Shown here: positions 40,291 to 53,367 of the stretch, piece by piece
Position numbering within the stretch: position 1 is the stretch's first letter
Layout: each line of letters starts with the position of its first letter
Notes under the pieces: model-generated
Databases searched by the model: none
What the model saw: only the letters and a program-made list of their open reading frames with translations
Told to the model about the DNA's origin: nothing
Assembly (NCBI RefSeq): GCF_009914755.1
Contig: NC_060926.1
Direction: 5' to 3' (one strand)
Length of the DNA: 64,000 nt
DNA from: the human T2T-CHM13v2.0 reference genome, Homo sapiens
Program-made: the position numbers and the translations under genes

Positions 40291-42896
40291 AAGGGATGCT
40301 ACGTTCTTTCCTGACCCCTGATAGAAGTGACCTGGGCAAAGCCACCTGACTCCGGACATGCAGAGCAGTGTGAGTGGTGCCTTCCCTCTACAGAATGGGG
40401 AAGCTGGGCTTGAATCTCCCCTATGCCAAATCCCAGAGAGGCATGAGGCCCCATCGCCATTTTCATGTTTTCTGTGTTGGGAGTAATGGCTGTTTTGGAA
40501 GTCTTAAAAACCACTACTCTATGTGATCTTCAATCTCCTACACCATTTTGGAAATATGAATGGGGAAAAAACTGTAATAATAACTACAATAAAGTGAGGA
40601 AATGTAAACTCAGCACCAATCTCTTCTACAAATAAAAGCTTTCTCTCTGAGAGCTGGCTTCTCTTACCTCTGTCTTCACATATTCTGCAAATTAAAGGTG
40701 TTGTTCAGCTAACCATATTTTCTTGCTTTCAAAAGGTAAAGGTAATAGAAATTGATTCAACATCAAGCCTGCTGATTCAGCAAAAGAAAAAAAAAAAGCC
40801 ATCAACCACAGCAGACAGCAGTCCCTTTGAAAGTTTCCTTTAATGAGGTAACCAGCCCCAGAGAGGCACAAGATGGACTGGGAGGGGGAGCGCTATGTAA
40901 ATGAGGGCTCTTTCCCCAAGGATGAAAACACCTGATCTGGCAAAATTTCCATCTTGCCTTGTCGGTGGCCCATCTAATTTGCACATAGCAGGAGTGTGAG
41001 GACTCATTGCTAGTTTCATAATTGTTGGGCCCTGTAATGTACTGTGGACTGCTCAGAAAACACATTCAATTCCATTCCATTCCATTTCTTTCAAAGTCCC
41101 TCCATAACTTGCCTGATTTTTTTTTGTCTGTGCTTAGAAAGTAAGGGACCACGTTGAGTAGTTTTCAGGAAATGATCAGACCAAACAGGGCATTAAACAA
41201 AATGCATTATTGAAGTTTAGTCTACTGCTTAACGTATATCCTCTCTCAAATGTGCATTCGCCTATAAAACTGGAGGAGAAGAAAATGAAAGCCATAAAAA
41301 GCTGTCCAGATGCATTCTGCTTTTTGAAGCTGGGAGATGTGCAGAGAAAGTTCAGCTTTTAATATTTCAAAATATAGCACAACCACCCCAGGGTGATTTT
41401 ATTACGTGATTATTCATTTGGGTAGCATATGCCTTAGATGGGTAATACCTTTGTTTTTAAAAATGTATATTTTTCTCCAATACACCTCTCAATTTGAGGC
41501 TAGGACCTAATTCTTGTCGATTCAATTAGCATGTATGTTTTTTAATTAGAGTTAACCACAATCCCACCGCCATCAAAAAGGTCTTTACATTTACAAATTT
41601 TCCTGAGTTGCTTTCCTTTTGATTCAATGAGACAGTGAGGCCTATGTTGTTTCTAGTAGACATTAAAATTTAACAGGACCTCAAATAAGAAAATATTTTT
41701 CCTGTTTTTTTTTTTTATTTATTTCTCATGTGCTTAAAAATTAACAAATTTTTCTTGATCTGGATTTTTAAAAAATCTCCTTTGATTATTTTTTGTTGTT
41801 GTTGCTTTTGGTTTCTTCCCTTGAGGCTTAGTATAGGGCTGATTAGTGTTTTCCTTCCCCCAAACAGGAATCTTTTAGCAAACACACATGGCATCACGGT
41901 TCATGTGTGCTCACTCACAGACAGTGTGGGAAAGCCTGGTGCTTCAGTGATTAATTGGGGTTCCAAGATAGGTCTTGGGACATGATAATTCTTTATGGGA
42001 AATGGGATTAAAATTGGACACTTCTACAATTTTCCTTCTTTATAGTGAAAATTTCATTTTTCATTAGTTGGCCAAATAATTCCATGTGCAGTCATCCCTG
42101 AATTAATCTTGAATTAATTTTTAAATCTCCTGTCTTCTAATATAGAATTTGCTATAAGAAAACGCAGCACAGTCCATCTTTCATTAGACACGGGGTGAGG
42201 GGTCAGCAGACACCCTTGCTACACTGAAAATGAAGGCCCCACATCTGGCGCAGGCTGGCGTCTGGAAGGGAAATGCACAGCCGTGGTCTCGCTCGTCCTG
42301 CAGAAAACGTCGGCTTCAGAATGGCTGCAGGCTGAAACATGAACCAGGGCATCTGAGTGCCGGAATAGGCTGTTTGTGTATGGAGCTGGTTTATTAGCCA
42401 ATGTGCAGGCCTGGAGCCCACAAGAAGTCTACCCTCCAGCTGATCTGTCACACACTTAACAAGCTGTGTATAATATAGCCCATCTCATGCAGAAGGGGGG
42501 ACTCATTCCCTCAGGTATCAAAAGACCTGATACTTTTAGCATGGGGCATGCTCTGGTTTTGAGGGTTTGCCTCATTACAAGCCGCAGGCTCTTTGAAATC
42601 AGAGGAAGAAAGCACACAGACCCATTACATTTTACTCCTGAGCTCTGCTGGGGGAAGGACTTGCTGCTCTTTGTACACTTCTTCGTCCATGTCTGGACAT
42701 AGCCTCATGCGTTTCTTTTTTCATGCTTCACCTAACAATGAACATTCAATAAAAATTCCAAGGCTACCCAAATCGCAGCAGAAGAGGGTGTGGGAGTGAA
42801 CTTGAGGTGTGCCGTGGGGTCTGGCCCTCAGCAATTTAAACAGAGCAGCTTTCCAAACTCAGCAGAGCACACATCAGAGTGTGTTTAGTTCATCTG

Positions 42897-43084
42897 GGCT
42901 GGTGAGTTCCAGTGATGAAAGCCTGGTGCTAATGGAGGCGAGGTCACCGGTTCAATCCTCATAGGACCCAGTTCACTTACAAGAGAAAAAACACTACTCA
43001 AGAACCAGAGACACCTCCTGACCCCAGTCACTGACCACAAGAAGGATGGGGTGAAAACGATGGCTGACCCAGGGCAAAACCATC
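42897..43084 (+). mobile_element. tRNA(Ile)-derived ancient SINE relic, MamSINE1-like
   Basis: GGCTGGTGAGTTCCAGT...TGGTGCTAAT...AGGTCACCGGTTCAATCC aligns with the tRNA-Ile(AAT) head (B-box-like GGTTCAATCC). Downstream sequence resembles the remembered MamSINE1 body. Confidence 0.65.
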
Positions 43085-43279
43085 TGATAAACAACTCAGA
43101 CAGCACACCCCCAACCCCCAGCAGGAGAAGCCAGCACCTTCTAGTTTAAGGATTTTATAAAACCGCTTTTATAAAAATCCCTGCGGACAAGTTCACAGTA
43201 GCTGACTCCCCAAGATGAGACGTGCTGCTTTAGGTAACCTTTGGGTCCTTTCTGCTTGGGAAATTCCTTTGTCCCCTTT

Positions 43280-43706
43280 AGTTCACCCCAGAAGGGCCCC
43301 AGTGTGTTGCACCGGGAGGAGATTTAGCCTCCCGGGGGCCAGGGTCAGGGGAGGGAGCTGTGGGACGCAGAACCTGCCTGCTCTGCAGGTCTGAAGGAGA
43401 GACTGTTGAACTTCACAGACTTCCGGAAAAACAGGCGGTGAGGGAGGTGGAGGGGAGGCGGGGAGGGGGCTGCTGTGTTTATCCAAGTGCTCCAGCGGCT
43501 GCGGGAGTTTTCTGCTTGTGTTTATATTTTCAGAAGGGGGCTGAAGAGCTATGCCCAGACTGGAGCACGAGTCTGCTTGCTGGTGTGTTTCTCAGTCCAG
43601 TTTGATTTTTTAAAGGTACCCTCCATGGGACAGAACTCTGCTTACAAACTTTAAAACTGGATGATGCAAAAATTACCTGCACAGCAGAGGAGGACAACGA
43701 ACCATA
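43280..43706 (+). promoter_or_regulatory. Candidate promoter and first exon ending at a splice donor
   Basis: GC-box cluster ggggaggcggggagggggc, ETS ACTTCCGGAA, two FOX-like TGTTTAT, donor ATA|GTAAGT at 43706/43707. Confidence 0.5.
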
Positions 43707-45390
43707 GTAAGTTTAAGTGATGGATTCTTTAATCTATCATTAATTTGTACAGATAAGTCAAAGAAAGGTAGTAGCAGATACGGAGCCCTCGCCGTGTACG
43801 CAACGCTTGACATCCTTTCTCACTGAGTCCCCACAGTAGACCTAGTGCTGCCATTTTGCAGGTGAGAAAACTGAAATGCCATATACGGTAGAGATGGGAG
43901 TCGAAACTCCTACTTCCTTTTGATAAATCCAGGATTCTTGCCTTAGTAAAATGGACTGTTTTTTGATTGCTGTTTTTTGCTTGTTTGTTTTGCCTTAAAA
44001 CGCAATATAAATATATAGAGTTAGCTCTCCATTGTTACTTCTTTATAATTGAGATCAATAAGTACATTATTATAAAAATTAGGAGAAACAATACACTGAT
44101 ATAAACAATTACAATGTCTCTGTTGTTTTTAAATAAAAAAAAAAAAAACTGATTTTGCTTTTATCCATAACAGAAAAGGTAAGTTTGTGGGCTGGCTTCT
44201 TAGAAAAGACTCAGAATGGTTTACATAAATGTGTCCTTTGAAATGCCTAAGTGCAATAATCAAAGAAAATCGAAAATTAAATTTCCATATGAAAACTGAT
44301 CCAGTCAACTAAAATTACTGCAAAGCTAAGGCATCCATCATTACTTTGAGCAAAGGGCTAGTGCCCCCAAACCCACGTATGATTTTATACACCCATAGCT
44401 CCATATTCGGGGATTTGGCTCAGCTGGTGGGTGCACGTGGCAATAAAGAGGCCAGCCAACTCCACAGAGAGCTGCCAGGTTAACCCTGGGCTGTGGGCAG
44501 AGCTAATAAAAAACAGGCACACCAGCCCAAACCCCAGACACACACAAAACCCAGCCTCAACTATTTTAATGTTTTCTTTCTTCTATTTATTTTTCCTGTT
44601 TTTTTCCTTTCTCCTTGTAAGAGTCCTCAGAAATCTTTTTCCAGTTCCGTTCCAGAGGAAAAGAAGACATTATAAAAATTAAAAAGGACAGTTGAGGTTT
44701 ACAGATAAGCTTATCTTTGAGCTAAGAGTCTGAGGATGTGAACCTAGCAAACAATTGTCATCATAATTATTGTTCACAATAATCAGAAGAGAAGGAATGG
44801 GAAATGCCTGCTTCTAACATCTCTTTTCTACCTAAGTAATGAATGTATGTTGTCTCCCTCTTTATCATAAACTGACATATGTTTTAATGTATATGTATTT
44901 TTCTAGTTACATATTTTTAAAAAGAAACAAAAGACAAAAACAAAACAAAGGCAAAAATACTGGCTCTCAAGCAGAAAATATTTAAAAGGCTATAAAAGGC
45001 ATGGAGTAGAAGAAATAAAAAGGTAACCAAAGTAAGAGTGAAATCTATCAACTTCATGCTTTTCCTTCTAAGTCTGGAGTAGTAGGTAAGGGGCAGTGAC
45101 ACCAACAGGGCTTGTGATCCCACACACCTAATATCATTCACGCAGAGTTTAGAGGTAGTTTAGTACTGTAAAAAAAAGTATGACTTTGAAATTAAAAACT
45201 CCCTAGCTCAAATCCAAGCTCCACTGTTTATGAGTTCTGTGGTCTCAGGCAAGTTACATTTCTCTCACCCCTTTCTGTACAAAAAAGAATATTCCTTACT
45301 TTTAGGATGATTGTGGCAATTAATAGAAGTTTTAAATTTTAAGATTCTAGATGGTATTTTGCATGTAATATGATATGAACTAATATAACG

Positions 45391-45657
45391 CGCAGCCCTC
45401 ATGAAAGGGATTATCTTTATAATAAGATAGAAGAGAGCTTGCTTCACCCTGGTGTACACCATATGATGATACAGCAAGAAGGTGGCCTCCTGCCAACCAA
45501 GAAGAGAGCCCTCACAAGAACTCAACCATGCTGGCACCCTGATCTCAGACTTCAGTCTCCAGAGCTGTGACAGCATAAACTTCTGTTTAAGCCGCCTAGC
45601 ATTCTAGTAGCCACCCGTCTCTAGTATCCTTCAGAGCAGCCCAAATGGACTAAGACA
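45391..45657 (+). mobile_element. MLT1 LTR 3' part
   Basis: gcaagaaggtggcc...ccatgctggcaccctgatctcagacttc...ggactaagaca. Confidence 0.8.
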
Positions 45658-45786
45658 TAATAGGTACATAATAAACAATAGCTATCATTCTGGCTGTTTT
45701 TTGGTATTTGGCAATCTGGTAAATAAATAGCAGAAAGTAAGACTCTCATTAATTGGTGAACTCATTTTGATTTATCGAGATGAGAA

Positions 45787-45918
45787 ATTGGTTAATGGGT
45801 GCAATGCATGTTATTCAGATGATGGATACCCTAAAAGCCCTGACTTCACCACTACTTAGTTCTACACATGTAACACAATTGAACATGTACCCCATCCATT
45901 TGTACAAATAAAAAAAAG
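45787..45918 (+). mobile_element. L1MA 3' end fragment
   Basis: gatggataccctaaaagccctgacttcaccact...catgtaccccat...tgtacaaataaaaaaaa. Confidence 0.8.
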
Positions 45919-46382
45919 ATTGTAACAAATCCAACAAGCAGGTACAATATTCCATACTTTTAAAATTTTTGTGCAAAGTTTCCGGACCTTGTCACTATCT
46001 AGAAAAAATAACTGATTTGATGAGCCATCATGGCAGGTGAGTAGTGGGGAGGGCCTGCACTGAACAGGAGAAAGATGGCACAGAGGGAAGGGCACTGGGC
46101 TATGGGAAGGTGCAAGACCTGGGTTCTGGTCTCACCACTGCTATCCCGTGAAAGTCACTTAACCATCTGAATGGCAGCACCTCCTCTATAAACAAAAATA
46201 GCATAGTAGATCCTTCCCACTCAGGGCTAATGGATGAAGCTGGGGATTCCACAAAGGCTTCAAACCTCTACAGTCTTAGGAATGCATCGATCTACTATTA
46301 AGTACTCTCCTGCCAATACCATCTAACATTAAAAACAGGTTCATTTTTCATTAATTCAATAAATATTTGAATACTACCCTTC

Positions 46383-49070
46383 TTATGCACTGAATAGTTC
46401 TACCTCTACACATTCGTATGTTGAAGCCCTTACCCTCAGGTACTTGGATGTGGTTCCTTTGGGAGATCATTAAGTTTAAATGAGGTCATGAGAGCAGAGC
46501 CCCCATGATGGGTGATGTGGTTTGGCTCTGTGTCCCCACCCAGATCTCATCTTGAATTGTAATCTCCACGTGTCAAGGGAGGGACCTGGTGGGAGGTGAT
46601 TAGATCATAGGGGCAATTTCCCCCATGCTGTTCTCATGATAGAGAGGGAGTTCTCATGAGATCTGATGGTTTAAAAGTGGCAGTTTTCCCTGCACTTGCC
46701 CTGTCTCCTTCCGCTTTTTGAAGAAGGTATTGCTTCTCCTTCACATTCCGCCATGATTGTAAGTTTCCTGAGGCCTTTCCAGCCATGTGGAACTGTGAGT
46801 CAATTAAATGTCTTTTATTTATACATCACCCAGTCTCAGGCAGTTCTTTATAGCAGTGTAAAAATGAACTAACAGGAAATTGGTACTGGGAGTTTGAGGC
46901 ACTGCTATAAAGGTATATGAAAATGTGGAAACGACTTTGGAACTGGGTAACAGGCAGAGGTTGGAACAGTTTTGGGAGCTCAGAAGAAGACAGGAAGATG
47001 TGGGAAAGTTTGGAACTTCCTTGAGACTTATTGAATGGTTTTGACCAAAATGCTGATAGTTATATGGACAATGAAGTCCAGGCTGAAGTGCTCTCAGATT
47101 GAGATGAGGAACTTATTGGGGACTGGCACAAAGGTCACTCTTGCTATGCTTTAGCAAAGACACTGGTGGCATTTTGAACTTGAACTTGATACAAATGACT
47201 TAGGGTGTCTGGTGGAAGAAATTTCTAAGCAGCAAAACATTCAAAAGCTGGGCGATTCTGAAAGCATTCAATCATATACATTCACAAAAAAGATTATCTG
47301 AAGCTGGTTCTTTTATTTAATTGGGAAGCAGAGCATAAAAGTTTGTACAATCTGTGGCCTGACCATGCAATAGAAAGGAAAAACCCATTTTCTGGGGAGA
47401 AATTCAAGCCAGCTTTAGAAATTTGCATAAGTAATGAGAAGCCCAATGTTAGTCACCAAGACAATGAGGAAAATGTCTCCAAGGCATTTAAGAGATCTTC
47501 ATGGCAGCCCCTTCCATCACAGGCCCAGAGGCCTAGGAAAGAAAAATGGTTTAACGGGCCAGGCCCAGGGCCCTGCTGGTCTGTGTAGCTTCAGGACATG
47601 GAACCCGGCATCTCAGCTGCTTCAGCTCCAGCTGTGGATAAACGGGGCCAAAATACAGCTCAGGTCATTGCTTCAGAGGGTGCAAACCCCAAGCTTTGGT
47701 GGCTTTCATGTGGTGCTGGGACTGTGGGTGCACAGAAAACAAGAGCTGAGCTTTGGGAATCTCCACCTAGGTTTCAGAGGATGCATGGAAACACCTGAAT
47801 GTCCAGGCAGAAGTCTCCTGCAGAGGTGGAGCCCTCATGAAAAACCTCTACTAGGGCAATGCATAGACGAAATGTGAGTTGGAACCCCCACAGAGTCCCC
47901 ACTGGGGCACTGCTTAGTGGAGCCATGAGAAGACAGCCACTGTCCTCCAGGGTCCAGAATGGTAGATGGACTGACCGCTTGCACCATGAACCTAGAAAAG
48001 TCGCAAACACTCAACACCAGCTCATGAAAGTAGCCAGGAGTGCTGTACCCTGAAAAAGCACAGGGACAGAGCTGCCCAATACCAGGGGAGCCCACCCCTT
48101 GCATCAGCATCCCTGGATGTGAGACATCAAGTCAAAGTACAGTGTTTGGGAGCTTTAAGATTTAACGAGTGCCCTGCTGGGTTTTGGACTTGCAGGGGGC
48201 CTGTGGCCCTGTTGTTTTGGCCAATTTCTACTATTTGGAATGGGAATATTTACCAAATGCCTGTACCCCTATTGTATCTTGGAAGTAAGTAGCTTATTTT
48301 TGATTTTACAGGCTCATACATGGAAGAGAGTTGCCTTGTCTGAGATGAGACATTGGACTGTGGACTTTTGAGTTAATGTTGGAATGAGTTAAGACTTTGG
48401 GGGAATGTTGGGAAGGCATGTTTGATTTTGCAATGTGAGAAGGACATGAAATTTTGGAGGGGCCAGTGATGGAATAATATGGTTTGGCTCTGGGCCCCCA
48501 CTGAAATCTCATCTTGAATGGTAATCCCCATGTATTGAGGAAGGATCTGGTGGGAGGTGATTGGATGGTCAGGGCAGTTTTCCCATACTGTTCTCATAAT
48601 AGTGAGGGAGAGCTCATGAGATCTGATGGTTTAAAAGTGGCAGTCTCCCCTGTGCTTGCTCTCTCTGCTGTCACCTAGTGAAGAAGGTACTGCTTCTCTT
48701 TCACCTTCTGCCATGATTGTAAGCTTCTTGAGACCTCCAGCCATGTAGAACTGTGAATCAATTAAATCTCTTTTATTTATAAATTACCCAGTCTCAAGTA
48801 GTTCTTTCTAGTAGTGTGAACTGCTAGAAATACAATGGGGTTAGTGTCCCTATAAGAAGAGCAATAGACCCCAGAATTTTCTCTCTCTCTTCCCTCACAG
48901 TATGAGGACACATATTGCAGGCAGCCAGGAACTGGTCCTCACCAGAATCAAATCTGTGAGCACCTTGATCTTGGACATCCCAGTTTCCAGAACTGTGAGA
49001 AAGAAGTGTCTGTTATGTAATCCTCCTAGCATCTGGTATTCTCTTCTAGCAGCCAGAGCTTACAAAGACA
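46383..49070 (+). mobile_element. MLT1A-type LTR split in two (46383-46512 and 48835-49070) by a younger MaLR insertion
   Basis: gtatgttgaagcccttaccc...aatgaggtcatgagagcagagcccccatgatggg resumes as ttagtgtccctataagaagag...gaactgtgagaaa...aagaca. Confidence 0.8.
46513..48834 (+). mobile_element. Full-length MaLR provirus (THE1D/MSTA-type): LTR 46513-46874, internal 46875-48474, LTR 48475-48834
   Basis: Two homologous LTRs around a typical MaLR internal region. 5-bp TSD ATGGG at 46508-46512 and 48835-48839. Confidence 0.93.
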
Positions 49071-50021
49071 ACTATGTTCTTGGCACTGACCAAGACTCTG
49101 TTGTGGGTCTAATGTGACACAGTTGTCTTTATCTTGAAGAGTTTATAATATGACAAGAAAACATGTACATACTAACTATAATATTTCATAAAATGATAAG
49201 TTTTACAAAAGTGCTAAATTTAAAATATCAACATCAAAACTCTGAGGTAGGAGAGGTATTTTCCCAGTGAAGACAATCCCAAAAGTCTTTAAGTAAAAGA
49301 GGATATTTGAGCAGGACCTTGAGGGATGTATTGATTTCTGATAGACAGATAGAGATGGAATGGAGGGCTGGAGACCTAGAGAGTGATAAGGAAAAAATAA
49401 GTCATGGCTAAAAATGGTATCTCAGGAATGACTAATAAAGTTATGAAATTTTTTTAAAATGAGTTTGTAAAAAACTCTAAAATGAGCTTTAATTTTGACC
49501 ACACAACTTTGCACTTCTTTAATTTGCAATAAAGGGAATTTGATTTTTTTAATTACCCTACATTATACACCAAGAAAAACATTATTTTTAAAGAAATAAA
49601 TGTAACCAATTATCAGGCACCAAGGAGTCCTACATTTATTGATGCTTTAATAAAATATAAGAAAGTGCACCATAAAAGCTGGATTGATATTGCTCATCAA
49701 CCTGCTCATAGAAATGACTCAAGAGCTTGTGACTAAACTCTGGAGGAGTCACCTCCACTTTGTGCCATTTACCACAAGTCTGAATATGCAAGAGACAAAA
49801 GTATATCCTAGAATTCACCTTCTGATTCATCTAGATGATTTATTCAAAGCTGGCCAGTAACTAGTAACTAGTTTTAGACAATGATGAGTATTATAGGACA
49901 ATAAAGAAATGTTGACTTCCAATTGTGATGTCATTAAGTCTCCTGGGAATAAGTTTCCTTGAAAACAATGAGGTCGTGAGACCTCAGAGAACCAAAGCAC
50001 CTCATTGGAGGTCTCAAGAAG

Positions 50022-50291
50022 TTCTCTCTCTCTCTATATATATATATATGTGTGTGTGTGTATATATATGTATATATGTATGTATACATGCATATATACA
50101 TATATATGTATGTATATGTGTATATATACATATATGTATGTGTATATATACATATATGTATGTATATGTGTATATGTGTATGTGTATATAGAGAGAATGT
50201 GTGTATATACATACGTATATATGTATGCATATGTATATACATATATATGTATGTATATATGTATATATATGTGTATGTATATGTGTGTGTG

Positions 50292-50325
<34 letters not shown>

Positions 50326-50326
50326 A
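50022..50326. repeat. Compound (TC)n-(TA/TG/CA)n-(GA)n microsatellite
   Basis: Alternating purine-pyrimidine core of ~270 bp bounded by TC and GA runs. Confidence 0.97.
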
Positions 50327-53300
50327 GGTAAATAAATTTGCATTTGCAAAGTGTATTTCTGGAAACATTGAGGGACAGTGTGGGGATAAAATATCCCCAG
50401 GTCAAGAATGTTTGAGGTGCTGCATACCCCATGGCCACCCTGAGGCTTCATGACACAGTAGCAGGCTAAAGGCTCCAGAGAACACACAGTGAAGAAACCT
50501 GCCTCTTCTCTTACCAAGTCTGTTTGACCATGGCACCTTTATTTGTATCAATACCATGAAGATCACAGAAAAAGGAGTAAAAAATATTAAAGCAGATAAT
50601 CTTGAAGATCACTAGATTCCAATTTAAAATAAACTACCCAGGCCAATTTTCATCAGTAAATTCAATAAAGTGTTTCCTGATCATTTGAGGAAATTCTGTG
50701 AAACACTGATTTGTAGGTTCTATTACTGACCCAGTGTTTCTTAGAAGGGGGCTCAAGATCTGCATATTCAACAAGCTTCCCAAGGGATTTTGATGGATTC
50801 AGAACCACCCTCTACAAATCCCTTCTAACCACAACAAAATGGTAAGTTATAAGCTCCAAAATGGACTTTATCAATTATTGATTGCAGTATTTTCTGCTTC
50901 ATGGAAATGAAGGCCTGTGAATTAGAGTTTACTAAAGAGATGTAGACAGTATATCCATGGGAGAAGCCCAGCTGAAACTGACCCACGTGGGGGATCCTCA
51001 TCTGTTGATCTTGCTATTTCACTGCCCCCTCCAAAATGCACAAAGTAAACTAACCATTTACCTTGCCTTAGCATTGCCAAGGAGTGTGGGCACAGCATAG
51101 GTGACAAAGTGGAAGGGGGATGCTATCTCCTTTCCAACCATGCCCTTTAAGAAGGTATGTTTAAACTAGAGCATCTTCCTCCAACATGCAAAATTTTTTA
51201 AATCTATGAAAGGGGAAAAGAAAGCCAAAGCACTTGATGAATCAAAACTCTTCCTATTTCAGGATGGGCTGAGTGTTCATATTGCCTCACCTTTCATCAA
51301 AGCACCATCTGGGAACCAGAACTTGGCATTTGAGAAAAATCAGAGATGACTAAGAATAAGAACAATCTCATCAGGAGAAGAGCCGTTGATCTCCTGTTCC
51401 TCTTCTAGAAGTTGGTACCAGTTGAAACTAAAGGAGGGTGTGCATGAACTATGGCAGATCCAGAATATTCTGTTTCATTTTCAGTTGACCTGATGCATAC
51501 ATACGGCCCTGTTCCCAGTGGGCAGGCAAGCCTGGATCTTTCTCCACATGGTGCCAGTCAATGGTTCAATCCAAAAGTATTAATGTCAGCCAAGTCATAT
51601 CAAAGTTCCTGCCTTATCTAGATGAGACTTCCACCACAGATCTTACAGATGATCTTATACAACATATATGTCCATTTCAAATTGAGAAAACTGAGGCTGG
51701 GAGGGTAACTAACTGGTCTGAGGGCCTCTAACAAGTCTGTGGTCAATTAGCAAGAGCTCTCTGTCAGCTCACCTCTGTGCAGTGTGCCAAGGCCACACTC
51801 AGACCCACACTGACATTGTACAAAAACTAAAATGAACGATTCCCAGAGTTCTCCAACTAAACTTTCTGTTTTAGATGAAGGACAATAATACAGACAAAAT
51901 GAAAATTACATCCTTTGTGTGAGTGGAGTATTATGTAATTGTAATAGACCTCTTAAGGAAGAGGACAACATAAAAGCGGTAATTTTTTAAATAAATCACA
52001 GTGGGCATGATTCTTCATTGATGGATACATTTTCAACCAGACAATCATCAAAAACAATGCTGATCTTAACTTCTTTGTAATTCACAAAATTCTGGGCCAT
52101 GCCATGGAATAGTCGGAAATGGCCTAAACCATCTAAAAAATCCCATTCCCCAGCAATCATTCTAGAGGCTCGCAGGTGAAAATGGATTGTAAATTGAAAA
52201 TATTCCCCAAAAGCGGCATGCATTTCTTGACAGAAAAGCAAGCTGTAGACTTACAAATGACATTTACAGAAGTGCTTATGTGGGGCTGGGGCAAGGTACA
52301 TCTGATTTTCGTTAGGATTGCTAAAGAGCATTTTCTAAATATTTGAGTGTAAACCACTGCAGTTATTACCCATATTTAACATTCAAATGGCCAGAACCAA
52401 TGACAGTCTGGAAGATTTCATTTTCTGCAGGAGAATATCAGTATAGTCATGCACTGTGGAAGCTGGATAGTCCTGGTACAATTCACAGTGGCTGCATTTG
52501 CTGTATAATTGAAAGGATCAAATTACAACCCCAAACCCCGCTCCTAGCACAAGAAGAATTTGTGTTCAGGTTGGCCCTCGGACCACAGTGAGAGGGAGCT
52601 GGTCATAAACATTCCAACCGGCTTTCACGTTGCTTGACTTTACCCAGACAACACTTCCTATCTCTTGATTTTTCACCTTCTTAAAAATAGGCCTTTTGAA
52701 AGCCCATTCTTAATTAGTTTACCTTAAAATATGTCCTCTACAGCTATTCAGACAAAAGGAATGCGATACTTGGCTTGTTTAAACAGTATTCAACTCATGT
52801 GAAACAAATTATTCACATAAAGCAGGGGATTACAGGCAAAACCTTTACAGTCGGGGAAAAAAGCACAAGTTGACCTTGATTTTTTTCTCTCCATGAATTT
52901 AATACAGCTCAAGGAACCACTGATGCATGTGTGTACCAAGCATGTGCTCTGGGCTGAGGCCCTGCCCTTTGAAGGCCTCACAGACAGATTTGAAGAAAAC
53001 CCAGTGTCTCTAATCCTTTGGTAAAATCCACAATTGCTCATTTTCCTCATACAAAGACATTTCTTGGATTTCTTTGACATTCTCTGATGAATAGATCATA
53101 TTTTCTGATGAATAAATCTGTTATTTTTTCTGTTTATTTTATCTTACCTAATTGTTTGCATCAATATATACAACTTTAAACTATAATGTAAATAATAAAG
53201 ATGTAAGTATTTTATTGTTTATTTGTATTACAGGAATTGAGAACAGAAAGGATCATTAAACATCACCTACTCCAAATGCATTCGTTTCCAGAACTCCACA

Positions 53301-53367
53301 AGCAAGGGCAGAGCCCAGGACTCCTGTTGCCTGATTTTGTGCCTGAGGATCTTGGCTCTTGAAGCAG

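Noticed and set aside
41064-41086. (CCATT)n satellite II/III-like run
   Set aside because: Only about four units, so a chance microsatellite.
42897-42970. Functional tRNA-Ile gene
   Set aside because: The D-arm, anticodon and acceptor stems do not pair, there is no T-run terminator, and the sequence continues into SINE-like body.
47343-48110. ORFs inside the MaLR internal regions (also 61482-62744)
   Set aside because: Fragmented remnants of the MaLR internal sequence with frameshifts and stops. No intact gag or pol.
49925-50517. ORFs rich in Y/I/H/T/C/V up to 167 aa
   Set aside because: Artefacts of the stop-poor TA/TG microsatellite.
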